Source: Candidatus Avedoeria danica (lineage in GTDB: Bacteria; Chloroflexota; Anaerolineae; Epilineales; Epilineaceae). Taken from it: DNA of 64,000 nt. Below are positions 1 through 9,335 of this stretch, piece after piece. The stretch is taken from contig JADJCV010000004.1 in assembly GCA_016703025.1 (NCBI GenBank), forward strand, positions 1,775,412 to 1,839,411, in the 5' to 3' direction. A program made the translations under genes and the position numbers. Every line of letters begins with the position of its first letter. The stretch's first letter is position 1. The notes beneath the pieces were generated by a model. It was given only the letters and a program-made list of their open reading frames with translations. It ran no database searches and was not told the origin of the DNA.

Positions 1-7
1 GGTCGCC

Positions 8-1093
8 ATGCCCCCGCGCCGGCTGAGCGGCCCGGTCGCCGCCTGCGTGATCGCCAACCCGTCGGCCGGCCGCGGCGGCCGCCTGGCCGCTCTCGAAGTC
101 GCCGTCGAACGGTGGCGACGGCGCGGCTGGTCGATTGCGTGGCACTGGACCGGCGGCCCCGGCGACGCCACATCCCTTGCGCGTTCGGCGGCCGCCGACG
201 GCATCGAGGTCGTGGCCGTCGCAGGCGGTGACGGCACCGTGAACGAGGTGGCGAACGGGCTGGCCGGTTCGGCGACGGCGCTGGCGATCCTGCCGGCCGG
301 CACCGCCAATGTCCTGGCCGCGCAGCTCGGCCTCGTGCGTTGGCCCAGCCCGTTGCGCACGCCCGACCTATCGGCCGCCGCCGATTCGCTCGCCGCTGGC
401 GTGATCCGGCGTGTCGACCTCGGGCTGGCCGAGCCGACGGGCAGACCCGGGCGGCACTTCCTGCTGTGGGCCGGCGTGGGCCTCGACGCGGCCATCGTGG
501 CGACGATCGAGGGCCCCGGGCGGCCATTGAAGGAACGCTTCGGTGCGCTTGGCTTCGCCTGGGTCGCGCTGCGGAGCGCCATGCGCGAGCACGGCGGCGA
601 GGCCGTCGTGCGGATCGACGGCGTGCGAACGCGCGGTTGGCTCCGCGGCATCGTCCTCCACAACATCCCGCTCTACGCCGGCCTCGTGCACCTCGCCCCG
701 GAGGCGCGCCTCGACGACGGCCGGTTGGACGCCGTGGTGCTCATGGGCGACACGCAGCGGGGAGCGCTCGGCGCGTGGCTCCGCGCCGGCCACGCCGCGT
801 CGCCCGGCGCGTTCGTCCGTCGTGTCGTCCTCGGACGATCCGACTCGGACCACCCGCTGGCCACGCCGGCCGAAGTCGTCCACGTCGTGGGCCGTCCGCC
901 GCAGGCGGTGCACGTCGACGCCGAACCGTGGGGCACGACGCCGGTGCGCTTCAGCGTCGTGCCGGGCGCGCTGGCGCTCGTCGTGCCGGCCGGCGCACCG
1001 GCCGCGCTCTTTCAGGCGGGGGCGACGCCCGGGCCGCGAGTTGCAGCCGGCGCGTTCGTTCGGCGCCGGCACCCGGCGGCGGTGGACCGATGA
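8..1093 (+). CDS. Diacylglycerol-kinase catalytic-domain lipid kinase (YegS/BmrU-like)
   Basis: 361-aa ORF with the GGDGT and LPAGTANVLA motifs typical of the DAGK_cat family; the start is the first ATG of the window. Confidence 0.8.
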   Translation: MPPRRLSGPVAACVIANPSAGRGGRLAALEVAVERWRRRGWSIAWHWTGGPGDATSLARSAAADGIEVVAVAGGDGTVNEVANGLAGSATALAILPAGTANVLAAQLGLVRWPSPLRTPDLSAAADSLAAGVIRRVDLGLAEPTGRPGRHFLLWAGVGLDAAIVATIEGPGRPLKERFGALGFAWVALRSAMREHGGEAVVRIDGVRTRGWLRGIVLHNIPLYAGLVHLAPEARLDDGRLDAVVLMGDTQRGALGAWLRAGHAASPGAFVRRVVLGRSDSDHPLATPAEVVHVVGRPPQAVHVDAEPWGTTPVRFSVVPGALALVVPAGAPAALFQAGATPGPRVAAGAFVRRRHPAAVDR

Positions 1094-2163
1094 ACCTCAA
1101 GCCGCTCCGGTCGTTGTACGCCCTGCTGGTGTGCGTGCCGCTCACGCCGGCGCTCGCGGCCGCGGGGGCGGACTCCATGTGGGTCTTCGGAACGGCGGTG
1201 CTCGGGCTCATCCCGCTTTCAAGGCTCGTCAGCCGGGCGATCGAAGAGGCGGCAGCGCGCGCCAGCGCGCGTGCGGGCGGCCTGCTCACCGCGACGCTGG
1301 CCTACGCGCCCCAGCTGATCGTGTGCGCGATGGCGCTCGCGGCGGGGCGGCACGGGCTCGTGAAGTCCAGCATCACCGGCGCCTTGCTCTCGATGTTGCT
1401 GCTCGTGATGGGCCTGGCGTTCTTCGTCGGCGGGCTGAAGCACCGGCGCCAGTACTTCAACCGCGAGCAGGCCGAGCTCTCGGCGACGATGATGGTGCTC
1501 TCCGTCATCGCGCTGTCCGTGCCGGCGCTCTACGGGACGTTCGTGCCGCACGTGCGGAACAGCGGCCCGGTCGAGAGCCTGAGCGAGGCCGTCGCGGCCA
1601 TCATGTTGATCGTGTATGCCTTGGCGCTCTACTTCGCGCTCTACTGGGACGGCGACGGCACCGGCATCACCCCACCCCGAGCGGCCGCGCCGCGCTGGCC
1701 GCTCGGCCGTGCGCTCGGCACGCTGGCCGTCGCGCTGCTCGGGATCGGCTGGCTCGGCCACGAGCTCGTCGATCAGATCGGACCGCTGACGCGCGACCAC
1801 GCCGTGTCCGAAACCTTTCTCGGCCTCGTGATCATCCCCCTGGCCACGAACGTCTCGGGCCACCTCGTCGGCGTCGAGATGGCGTGGCGCAACCGCTCGG
1901 ACGTCAGCCTGGCGGTCACGCTCGGCGCCGGGATCCACATCGCCCTCTTCGTCGCCCCGCTGCTCGTGTTCCTCTCGCTCCTCCTCGGCCAGCCGATGGA
2001 CCTCATCTTCAGCCCGCTCGAGCTCGTTTCACTGGCTGCCGCCAGCGGCGTCGCCACGCTCGTGGCGCACGACGGGGCGTCGAACTGGCTCGAGGGCGTC
2101 CTGCTCATCGCGGTGTATGCGATGCTGGCGATGGCGTTCTGGTGGGTGCCCGTCGTCGGCTAG
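1090..2163 (+). CDS. Ca2+/H+ antiporter, CaCA family (ChaA-like)
   Basis: An internal ATG at 1090 forms an ATGA overlap with the upstream stop. The 357-aa polytopic membrane protein has two antiporter-like repeats (GALLSMLLLVMGLAFF.. and ..LVIIPLATN). Confidence 0.7.
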   Translation: MNLKPLRSLYALLVCVPLTPALAAAGADSMWVFGTAVLGLIPLSRLVSRAIEEAAARASARAGGLLTATLAYAPQLIVCAMALAAGRHGLVKSSITGALLSMLLLVMGLAFFVGGLKHRRQYFNREQAELSATMMVLSVIALSVPALYGTFVPHVRNSGPVESLSEAVAAIMLIVYALALYFALYWDGDGTGITPPRAAAPRWPLGRALGTLAVALLGIGWLGHELVDQIGPLTRDHAVSETFLGLVIIPLATNVSGHLVGVEMAWRNRSDVSLAVTLGAGIHIALFVAPLLVFLSLLLGQPMDLIFSPLELVSLAAASGVATLVAHDGASNWLEGVLLIAVYAMLAMAFWWVPVVG

Positions 2164-2208
2164 CGACGGTCCGGAGCGCCGATCCGGCCCCCGGCGCAAG
2201 CGGATGCG

Positions 2209-2238
2209 TTGACCGGACGAGCGATGCGCGGCTAGAAT
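2209..2238 (+). promoter_or_regulatory. Sigma-70-like promoter (-35 TTGACC, 17-18 nt spacer, -10 TAGAAT) upstream of secG
   Basis: Hexamers read directly from the sequence. The track ATG at 2237 lies inside the -10 element, which argues for the downstream secG start at 2288. Confidence 0.4.
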
Positions 2239-2287
2239 GCCGATCTTGCCTGAACGGGGCCGCGGTGCGGCGCCGGTGGAGGATCAC

Positions 2288-2512
2288 ATGGGATTCGTGG
2301 ATTACGTCAAGATCGCGATGATCGTCATCGCGACGTGCCTCGTCGGCCTCGTCATGCTCCAAGCCCGCAACGGTGGCCTGGGGGACATGTTCGGCGGAGA
2401 GAACCTGTATCGGACACGGCGCGGCGTCGAGAAGACGGTGTTCGACATGACCGTCGTCTTCGCGGGCCTGTTCCTGCTGCTGGCGTTTCTGTCCGTCTAC
2501 TACAGCAGCTGA
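2288..2512 (+). CDS. secG: Preprotein translocase subunit SecG
   Basis: The 74-aa product has two TM helices and resembles the SecG consensus (GLVMLQ..GGLGDMFGG). GGAGGA sits 5 nt upstream of the ATG at 2288. Confidence 0.7.
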   Translation: MGFVDYVKIAMIVIATCLVGLVMLQARNGGLGDMFGGENLYRTRRGVEKTVFDMTVVFAGLFLLLAFLSVYYSS

Positions 2513-2515
2513 GCC

Positions 2516-4174
2516 TTGCTCCGCAACCTGCGCTGGCAGATCGCGCTTGCCGCCGCCGGCGTCGCGCTCATCGGCCTTGTCCTGCTGTTCGTCTCCAACC
2601 GCGCGTTCGAGGATCGACCGGCCCGCGGTGGACAGGTCGTCGAAGCCGTCGTCGGCCGTCCGGGCACGTTCAACCCGGTGCTGTCCACGAGCGATGTCGA
2701 GATCGACGTCGCGCGGCTGCTGTTCAGCGGGTTGACCCGCCCCGACAGCGACGGCTCGATTCGGCCCGACCTGGCCGCGGAGTGGTCGATCAGCGACGAC
2801 GGCCGCGTGTACACCTTCCAGTTGCGCGATGCGGTCTGGCACGACGGCTATCCGGTGACGAGCGACGACGTCGTCTTCACGGCCCGGCTGGCCGGCGACG
2901 ACGCCGTCGGGACCGCCAAGCACCCGCTCGCCGCGGCGTGGCGGGACGCCGTGGTCGAGGCGGTCGATGCCACGACGGTCCGCATCACGCTGCGCGAGCC
3001 GTTCGCGCCGTTCCTGGCGGCCACGACGATGGCGCTCGTCCCGGCCCACATCTTCGCCGCCGTGCCGATCGGTGAGATCGCCCGCCACGAGGCCTCGACG
3101 CTGGCCCCGATCGGCACCGGACCTTGGCGCCTCGACCTGCCGGGCGGCCTCGAGCAGGACCAGATCCGGCTCGTGCGATTTCAGCGCCACTGGGACATCA
3201 CCCGCCGCCAGCCCTACCTTGACGGCATGACGCTGCGCTTCTACGACAGCCAGGCGGCCGCGCTCGAGGCGCTCGGGCGGCGCGAGGTCCAGCTGATGGG
3301 CGGCGTGACCCCGGACGCGCTCGCGTTGCTGGGCGATGACGTGCGCCAGCTCAACGCCGTGACGGGCGACTACACGCTCGTCTACCTGAACCCGGCCAAA
3401 GTGCTGTTCGCCGACGCACCGGTCAGGCGCGCCCTCGGCCTGGCGATCGACCGGAGCGGGATCATCCAGGACGTGCTGCGCGGCCAAGGCGCCGTGGCCA
3501 AGAGCCCGATCCCGCCCGGCTCATGGGCGTACGACGCCACTGTGCCCGCGCCCACGTTCGACCGCGCCGCGGCCGAGCAGCTGCTGACGGACGCCGGTTG
3601 GATCGACATCGACGGCGACGGGATCCGCGACCGCGACGGCCGCCCGCTGCGCTTTGCGCTCGACGTGTTCACCGGCGACACCGAGCTCCTGGCCGTTGCC
3701 GGCCGTCTGCGCGACGACTGGCAGAACGTCGGCATCGGCGTCGACGTGCGGCCCGTCGGCCAGGAGGAGATCCGCACGGCGCTGACGGAGCGGAGCTACG
3801 AAGCGGCGCTGTACGGCGTCCGCGCCCGCATGGACGACGACCCGGACCCATACCCACTGTGGCACAGCTCGCAGTCGGAGTCCGGACTGAACTTCGCCGG
3901 CTACGCCGACGCCCAGTCCGACCAGCTGCTCGTGGCGGTCCGACAGATGACCCCCGAAGACGTCGACGGGCGGCGCAGGTTGTACGGCCTCTTCCAGGCC
4001 CGCTTCGCCGAGCTCCAACCCGCCCTCCTGCTCTATCATCCGGTCTACACGACGGCGGTGGTCGACCCGAACCTCGGCGGCGTCCAGCTGCCGGCGTTCC
4101 TCGCCGAGCCGGCCGACCGCCACTTCACCGCGCGCGACTGGTTCGTTCGGACGGAGCGCATCTTCGGGAAGTGA
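2516..4174 (+). CDS. ABC transporter substrate-binding protein, family 5 (peptide/nickel type), membrane-anchored
   Basis: 552-aa protein with an N-terminal TM anchor and SBP_bac_5-like sequence throughout. TTG start 4 nt after the secG stop. Confidence 0.8.
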   Translation: MLRNLRWQIALAAAGVALIGLVLLFVSNRAFEDRPARGGQVVEAVVGRPGTFNPVLSTSDVEIDVARLLFSGLTRPDSDGSIRPDLAAEWSISDDGRVYTFQLRDAVWHDGYPVTSDDVVFTARLAGDDAVGTAKHPLAAAWRDAVVEAVDATTVRITLREPFAPFLAATTMALVPAHIFAAVPIGEIARHEASTLAPIGTGPWRLDLPGGLEQDQIRLVRFQRHWDITRRQPYLDGMTLRFYDSQAAALEALGRREVQLMGGVTPDALALLGDDVRQLNAVTGDYTLVYLNPAKVLFADAPVRRALGLAIDRSGIIQDVLRGQGAVAKSPIPPGSWAYDATVPAPTFDRAAAEQLLTDAGWIDIDGDGIRDRDGRPLRFALDVFTGDTELLAVAGRLRDDWQNVGIGVDVRPVGQEEIRTALTERSYEAALYGVRARMDDDPDPYPLWHSSQSESGLNFAGYADAQSDQLLVAVRQMTPEDVDGRRRLYGLFQARFAELQPALLLYHPVYTTAVVDPNLGGVQLPAFLAEPADRHFTARDWFVRTERIFGK

Positions 4175-4251
4175 TCTTCGGGAAGTGATCTTCGAACAGT
4201 GATCTTCGATCCGTGATCTTCGGACGTTGGTCTTCGGACGGGTAATCTTCG
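4159..4251. repeat. Tandem array of about 7 copies of a ~14-bp unit with core GTGATCTTCGG
   Basis: Copies begin at about 4159, 4172, 4187, 4201, 4215, 4229 and 4244. The first copy overlaps the last codons (..ERIFGK) of the SBP gene, and the array ends about 20 nt before the FtsB-like ORF. Confidence 0.8.
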
Positions 4252-4268
4252 GACAATAGGTCGATCCG

Positions 4269-4841
4269 TTGCCCCGATCGACCGTACTGCGAGGTGAGCC
4301 GATGGGACCGTCGACACCGCCCGGGACGACGCCGGAAGGGCCATGGCCGGTCGAGCCGACGCCGGCCGAGCCAACGCCGGCCGAGCCAACGGCAGCGACG
4401 TCAGCACCGTCCGCGCCCATGCAGTCTGAGCCCGTGCGGTCGGAGCCGCCGCGGCGCCCGCCGCCGCCCGCGCCGCCCCTCTCCCGCGCCAGCAGCCCGG
4501 GCGCACGCCGCGTCGTCGTGCTGGCCGTGTTGGCGCTGCTGTCGGTGTACACCGTTCGGCTCGCCCGCCAGTTCGCCGTGTCCCAGAGCGCCGAGGCCAA
4601 GCGCCTCTCGCTGGCGGCGCGCGTCGCAGCGCTCGAGACCGAGACGGCCGCCATCCAGACCGAGACCGCCTTCGCCGGCAGCGACGCCTACGTGGAGCGC
4701 TGGGCACGCGAGGACCAGCACATGGTCCGCCCCGGCGACCAGCCCGTCCAGGTGGCGCTGGCCACGCCGAGCACGCCGGCGGCGGGGACGCCGGAGGAGC
4801 CGGGGTTGTTCGAACGGTTATGGGGGTGGTTGCGGCGGTAG
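4269..4841 (+). CDS. FtsB/DivIC-like septum formation initiator family protein
   Basis: Pro-rich N-terminus, a single TM helix, then a coiled coil ending ..AYVERWAREDQHMVRPGDQPV, which is typical of FtsB/DivIC. An alternative start is the ATG at 4302. Confidence 0.55.
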   Translation: MPRSTVLRGEPMGPSTPPGTTPEGPWPVEPTPAEPTPAEPTAATSAPSAPMQSEPVRSEPPRRPPPPAPPLSRASSPGARRVVVLAVLALLSVYTVRLARQFAVSQSAEAKRLSLAARVAALETETAAIQTETAFAGSDAYVERWAREDQHMVRPGDQPVQVALATPSTPAAGTPEEPGLFERLWGWLRR

Positions 4842-4915
4842 GGGCGCACGATTGGCTTGTGTTGTGGAGTGGTGCACGTCGTCGGCCGGCCGAGAGGGGA
4901 TCGTTCACCCGTGCA

Positions 4916-4937
4916 GGGCGGCCACGGGGGGCCGCCC
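4916..4937. terminator. GC-rich hairpin (GGGCGGCC-N6-GGCCGCCC) between the convergent FtsB-like and LysM genes
   Basis: 8-bp perfect stem seen in the sequence. There is no strong T-tract. Confidence 0.3.
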
Positions 4938-6260
4938 CTACGGCTCCACCGACGGCGTCGGCCCATCGCCCACCGTCCACGTGAACGCGATCCAGTTCAC
5001 GTCGCCGGACAGCACGGTCGGATCGTCCGAGCCGAGCAGGCTGTCGCCGATCCGGCCGACGGCCACGGCCCAGACGAGTTCACGGCTCGCCCCGAGGGCC
5101 GGGCGGAAGCGCGCCGGTATCCGCGCCGCCGTCGCGCCGCCGCGGACGGTCACGCGCACGGCTTCGTCGATCGGCGCATCGGCCTCGTTCAGCAGAACGA
5201 TGTACGCGATGCCGGGCGGCAGCCGCCCGATGGACGACCAGCGCAGCATCGGCGCATCCCCCGTGATGGCCGTGCCGAAGAGTGGCGACAGCGCGAGCGG
5301 GGCGGCGTAGCGGTCGGCGTCGTCCGTCAGCGGCTCCTGCTGCGCGGCCTGCCCGGCGTCCGAGCCGGGCTGCCCGCCGGCGATCCCGCCCGGCAGCGGC
5401 GTCGCCGTCACGACCTCGGCCGTCTTCATCACGAGCACCTGACCGAGCTGGAGGATCGCGTCGGCGTCCGCCAAGCCGTTTGCGGCCACAACGTCCTCCA
5501 CCGTCACGCCGTTCGCTTCCGCCAGCGTCGACAGCGTGTCGTCCGCCGCGACGGTGACGGACACCGCCTGGACGACGACGGTCAGACCATCGGCCGCACC
5601 GGCCCTGGCCAGGATGTCCGCGGCCAGCGTGTCCGTCGCGGGCGCAGCGGCGTCGACCGCTGGAGGCGCTTCCTGGACGAGCGCGTCGGCCGGCGGCAGG
5701 GCGTCGGACAGCGGGATCTTGATCACCTGCCCGATCGACAGACGGTCGAGCGTCAGCTCGCCGACGTTGGCCGCCAGGATCGCCTCGACCGTCGTGTCGT
5801 TCTCGGAGGCGATGTTCCAGAGCGTGTCACCGGACGCGATCGTGTGCTCGAGGGCCGGCGGAGCGGCCGGGGTCGGCAACGGGGGCAGGGTGGCGGTGGC
5901 CGTGACGACGGCCGTCGCGACGCTCACCGCCATCGTCGGAGGAACCACAACCGCCACGTCCGTGCCGCGAAGCACGACGGCGGGCGGCGCCGGCAGCTGG
6001 CCGGGCGCTCCCGACCGCCACACCAGGATCGCCGCGACGATCGCCGCGAGGCCGACAACGGCCGCCGCGCTCTCGACGAGGACACCGCGGCGCGTCAGCC
6101 GCCATGGCACCCGCGTGCCGCACACCGAGCAGTTGCGCTCGTTGGCGAGCAGCGTCGAGCCGCAGCCGCTGCAGCGCCGCGCGCTGCGTCGAGGGAAACC
6201 GTCGATAAGCCCGACCTCCTGGGTCCGTCGGCCGGCGCGCGCAAACGGGGGGGGGCGCAC
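4938..6260 (-). CDS. Zinc-ribbon / transmembrane / tandem-LysM domain protein
   Basis: N-terminal CxxC..CxxC ribbon, one TM helix, and two LysM repeats (ASGDTLWNIA...; AADDTLSTLA...). The start is uncertain. Confidence 0.6.
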   Translation of the reverse strand: MRPPPFARAGRRTQEVGLIDGFPRRSARRCSGCGSTLLANERNCSVCGTRVPWRLTRRGVLVESAAAVVGLAAIVAAILVWRSGAPGQLPAPPAVVLRGTDVAVVVPPTMAVSVATAVVTATATLPPLPTPAAPPALEHTIASGDTLWNIASENDTTVEAILAANVGELTLDRLSIGQVIKIPLSDALPPADALVQEAPPAVDAAAPATDTLAADILARAGAADGLTVVVQAVSVTVAADDTLSTLAEANGVTVEDVVAANGLADADAILQLGQVLVMKTAEVVTATPLPGGIAGGQPGSDAGQAAQQEPLTDDADRYAAPLALSPLFGTAITGDAPMLRWSSIGRLPPGIAYIVLLNEADAPIDEAVRVTVRGGATAARIPARFRPALGASRELVWAVAVGRIGDSLLGSDDPTVLSGDVNWIAFTWTVGDGPTPSVEP

Positions 6261-6354
6261 GCCGAATGCGCGGCGCGAAGGCTAGCATAGGTGCGAACGC
6301 GGCCGCAAGGCCGACCGGCCCCGCCGATCCTCGAACAAGGGCGACCGAAGGGCA

Positions 6355-7524
6355 TCAGCCCGCCGTGTACCGGCTGGCCGCCCGCACGAGCGCCGCCGTG
6401 ACGGTCGGCTGGCGGAAGACTCCCTCGAGCTCATCCGCCAGCCACGGCCAGCGCTCGACCGTGGTCTGCCGGCGCTGCCGAACGGCCTCGAGGTCGGGCA
6501 CGGCAGCCGCGAGCTCGATCCGCAGCGCCTCGAGCGCGCTGACGACCTCGGCGCGCTCGGTGGCGGGCACGGCCAGCTGGCGGTTCGCGAGCACCTGCAG
6601 GCCGGTGAAGACCTCCTCGAGCGACGCGTCGCGGTCATCGCCGGCCGGCGCACCGGCCCGCGCGGCCGGGGCCTGCATCGCCGAGCCCATCATCTGCGCC
6701 AGGATCGCGCCCATTCCGGCGCCGGCGCCGAGGCCCATGCCCGCGGCAGCCGCGTCACCGGCTCCGCCCCCGCCGCCGCCCCCGCCGCCGAGCATCCGGG
6801 CGGCCTTGAACTTCAAGTAGGCATCCATGTCGCCGATCGCACCCATCGCCGCGCGCTCGTCGATGGCGGCCTGCGTCTCCTCGGTCGCCGAGATGTTCGT
6901 GATGTAGACCTGCTTGAGCGCGATCCCGACGGACAGGAAGGCGTCGCGCAGCCGCGCCGCGAGCCCGGCGGCAAGCTCATCGTACTTGGACGGCAGATCG
7001 AACAGGCCGATGCCGCTCTCGCCCAGCAGGTCCGACAGGCGCGCGACGACGATGCCGCGCAGGTAGCCGACGATGTCGTTCGTCGTGTACAGGCCCTGAC
7101 CGCCGACGATCTTGTTGATGAAGAGGCCGGCGTCGTCGATATCGATCGCCATCGTCCCGAACGCCCGCAGCCGGGCGACGCCGAGGTCCGGGTCGCGCAG
7201 CGCCACCGGTTGGGTCGTGCCCCACTTCACGTCGAGGAACGTGCGGTGGCTCACGAAATAGACCTCGGTCCGGAACGGGCTCTTTCCGCCGAACGGCAGC
7301 CCCATGAGTCCTGTGAGGAGCGGAATGTTCTCGGTGGACAGCGTGTACCGCCCAGCCGAGAACGTGTCCTGCGCCAGGCCGTTGTGGAAGAAGACGGCCG
7401 ACTGGAACTCGCGCACCACCAGCTGCGAGCCGAGCCGGAACTCGCCCGAGCCCCACTCCGGCACGCGGTGCACCATCTCGTTCGGTCCCGGGTTGTCCCA
7501 TTCGATGAGGTCGAGGATCGCCAT
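6355..7524 (-). CDS. SPFH/band-7 domain protein (YdjI-like, flotillin-like)
   Basis: The N-terminal MAILDLIEWDNPGPNEMVHRVPEWGSGEF... region is characteristic of the YdjI-type SPFH family. Central Gly-rich linker. Confidence 0.8.
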   Translation of the reverse strand: MAILDLIEWDNPGPNEMVHRVPEWGSGEFRLGSQLVVREFQSAVFFHNGLAQDTFSAGRYTLSTENIPLLTGLMGLPFGGKSPFRTEVYFVSHRTFLDVKWGTTQPVALRDPDLGVARLRAFGTMAIDIDDAGLFINKIVGGQGLYTTNDIVGYLRGIVVARLSDLLGESGIGLFDLPSKYDELAAGLAARLRDAFLSVGIALKQVYITNISATEETQAAIDERAAMGAIGDMDAYLKFKAARMLGGGGGGGGGAGDAAAAGMGLGAGAGMGAILAQMMGSAMQAPAARAGAPAGDDRDASLEEVFTGLQVLANRQLAVPATERAEVVSALEALRIELAAAVPDLEAVRQRRQTTVERWPWLADELEGVFRQPTVTAALVRAASRYTAG

Positions 7525-7620
7525 CGTTCGTTCTCCTTGTGGTCGGCGGCCGGCACGATGCCCACCGCCCTCGTCCGCGCGCTGCTCGCGCTGCCCGTCG
7601 CCGCTACTCGGCGCCGGGTG

Positions 7621-8598
7621 TCACCCGCTGCCGGACCCCGCGTCGGCCTCGACGCCGACGCCGCGCCAAGCGGCCGGGCCGTCTCCGGGCCGCGCCACCG
7701 CCAGCCAAAGCCACCCGCCCGCATCGCCGGCCATGAACGCCCGCGGCGCAGCGACGCTCCGCCGCCCCGCCGGCCCGCGCACGACCGCCGCGCCGTCGTC
7801 CGACCACGCCGCACGGAACGTGTCGTCCGCCAGCTCGAGCACCGGCGGCGGCGGCCAATCCGGCGGTCCGGCGGCAGCGGCCTCGAACGTGATCCGACGC
7901 CCGTCCCGGTCCTCCCAGAGCACGAGCCCGTCCGCCAGCGACACGCCGACGTCGCCCCGCGCGAAGCGCGCGACCTCGACGACGCGATGGAAGCGCCCGT
8001 CGTCGCTGACCTGTTCACCCGGCGCCACGGCCGCCAGCCCGGCCTGGACGGCCCGCGGCGTCCAATCGCGCGCCGCCAGCGCATCCCGCCGACCGTCCAG
8101 CAACGCGCCGGCCTCACCGACGACCCCGTCGCACGCCTGGACATCGGCCGCCGTCGGATCGCCGCCGGCCGCCGTCGTCGCCAGCTCCGCCAGCGCCAGC
8201 GAGAGCCGGCGATCGGCATCGGCCAGCCACGCGGCGGCGTCCGCCGGCAGCGCCTTGGCGGCGAACCACGGCCCGGACTTCGTCGGCGACGACAAGCGGT
8301 CGATCACGCGGTTCAGCCGGCCGAGGACCGCCTCGATCCGCGCCGCTTCCGCCATCCGTCCGGCATCCACGCCGCGTCGCTGCATGTCGCCCACCCGGTC
8401 ACGGGCAGTGCGCGCGGCCGCGGCCAACGCGGCGCGCGCCGCCCGTTCCGTCGCATCGCGGCGCGCAGCATCGGCGTAGCCGGCAGCGGTCGAGGGCGGC
8501 GGCGCGTCTGCGTCGGCGGCGCCGATCGGCGTGCCATCCGCCGGGGCTGCGCCGGCGGCGGTCGATCCGTGGGTCGGAGGTGGCCACGGCGTCGTCAC
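7621..8598 (-). CDS. Hypothetical protein (YdjH-like position in the operon)
   Basis: 325-aa Ala/Asp-rich protein. Its ATG shares an ATGA overlap with the upstream stop (8595-8598). Confidence 0.45.
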   Translation of the reverse strand: MTTPWPPPTHGSTAAGAAPADGTPIGAADADAPPPSTAAGYADAARRDATERAARAALAAAARTARDRVGDMQRRGVDAGRMAEAARIEAVLGRLNRVIDRLSSPTKSGPWFAAKALPADAAAWLADADRRLSLALAELATTAAGGDPTAADVQACDGVVGEAGALLDGRRDALAARDWTPRAVQAGLAAVAPGEQVSDDGRFHRVVEVARFARGDVGVSLADGLVLWEDRDGRRITFEAAAAGPPDWPPPPVLELADDTFRAAWSDDGAAVVRGPAGRRSVAAPRAFMAGDAGGWLWLAVARPGDGPAAWRGVGVEADAGSGSG

Positions 8599-9335
8599 GG
8601 ACGCGCACCGCCGCCCGGTCCATCGTCGGAGCTGCCGTCGGAGCTGCCGTCAGGGCTGCCGTCGGGCCCGCCCCCGGCACCGGTGCCGGCTTCCGCGCCA
8701 TCGTTCGGTCCGCCGCCGTCGAACGCGATCGCTCCGTCGGCCACCTTGTCCGGGCGCAGCGCATCCGGCCCGCCGCCGGCCGGCGGCGCGACACCGCGCA
8801 CGGTGGCCTGGCCGTCGCCGAGCGCCTGGAAGATCTCGGTGCCGCAGTACGGGCACTGCAGCACGCCGCGGCCGGCGATGTCGATCGTCCCACCGCAGTT
8901 CGGACAGGGTTGGACGCCGGCGGCGCCCTCGCGGCTGTAGAGCACGCCTTCGGACCAGTTCACGTAGCCCGAGAACAGGCCGCGGCCGACGGCCTCCAGC
9001 AGGAGGGCCCGCACCGTCTCGCGCGGCGCTTCGAGTTCGGTCACGGCCTCGCCGATCGAGACCTTGCCTTTCGTCAGCACCAGGTTCAACAGCTTTCGCA
9101 GCTGGGCCGCGCGCGCCTGCGCATCCGTGTCGGCGCTGCCGCGGGCGAAGAGGAGCACGGCCATCCCGCCGAGCGGCAGCGTGGCCAGCAGCGCACCGAA
9201 CAGGCCGAGCGCATACCCTCCGCCGGACAGCACGCCGTCGGCCCGAGCGCCGTTCAGCCAGCCGAGCGCCGCCATGAACAGCCCAACGGCCGCCACGCCG
9301 ACGACGATCCCGAGCAGTCGTGCATTCCGCATCAT
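8595..9335 (-). CDS. Membrane protein with C-terminal zinc ribbon (YdjG-like)
   Basis: The start MMRNARLL forms an ATGA overlap with the DUF2207 stop. Two TM helices are followed by CPNCGG...CPYCGTE. Confidence 0.6.
   Translation of the reverse strand: MMRNARLLGIVVGVAAVGLFMAALGWLNGARADGVLSGGGYALGLFGALLATLPLGGMAVLLFARGSADTDAQARAAQLRKLLNLVLTKGKVSIGEAVTELEAPRETVRALLLEAVGRGLFSGYVNWSEGVLYSREGAAGVQPCPNCGGTIDIAGRGVLQCPYCGTEIFQALGDGQATVRGVAPPAGGGPDALRPDKVADGAIAFDGGGPNDGAEAGTGAGGGPDGSPDGSSDGSSDDGPGGGARP

Noticed and set aside
340-2163. Long Arg/Pro/Ala-rich ORFs overlapping real genes in other frames or on the opposite strand. Other examples are 543-2321, 2105-3487, 9534-12356, 25607-27043, 38242-41169 and 48811-52098 (N-terminal part).
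   Set aside because: These are typical stop-codon-poor alternative frames of roughly 70% GC DNA. The translated sequences are low-complexity with no domain signatures. Only the in-frame segments with recognisable domains were kept.
2237-2287. Track start codon for secG at 2237.
   Set aside because: The ATG sits inside the predicted -10 hexamer. The downstream ATG at 2288 has a GGAGGA Shine-Dalgarno sequence and gives a canonical SecG length.
4159-4251. Possible CRISPR array. The 41159-41229 array was also considered.
   Set aside because: The repeats are contiguous with no unique spacers, the units are only 12-14 bp, and there are no cas genes nearby.
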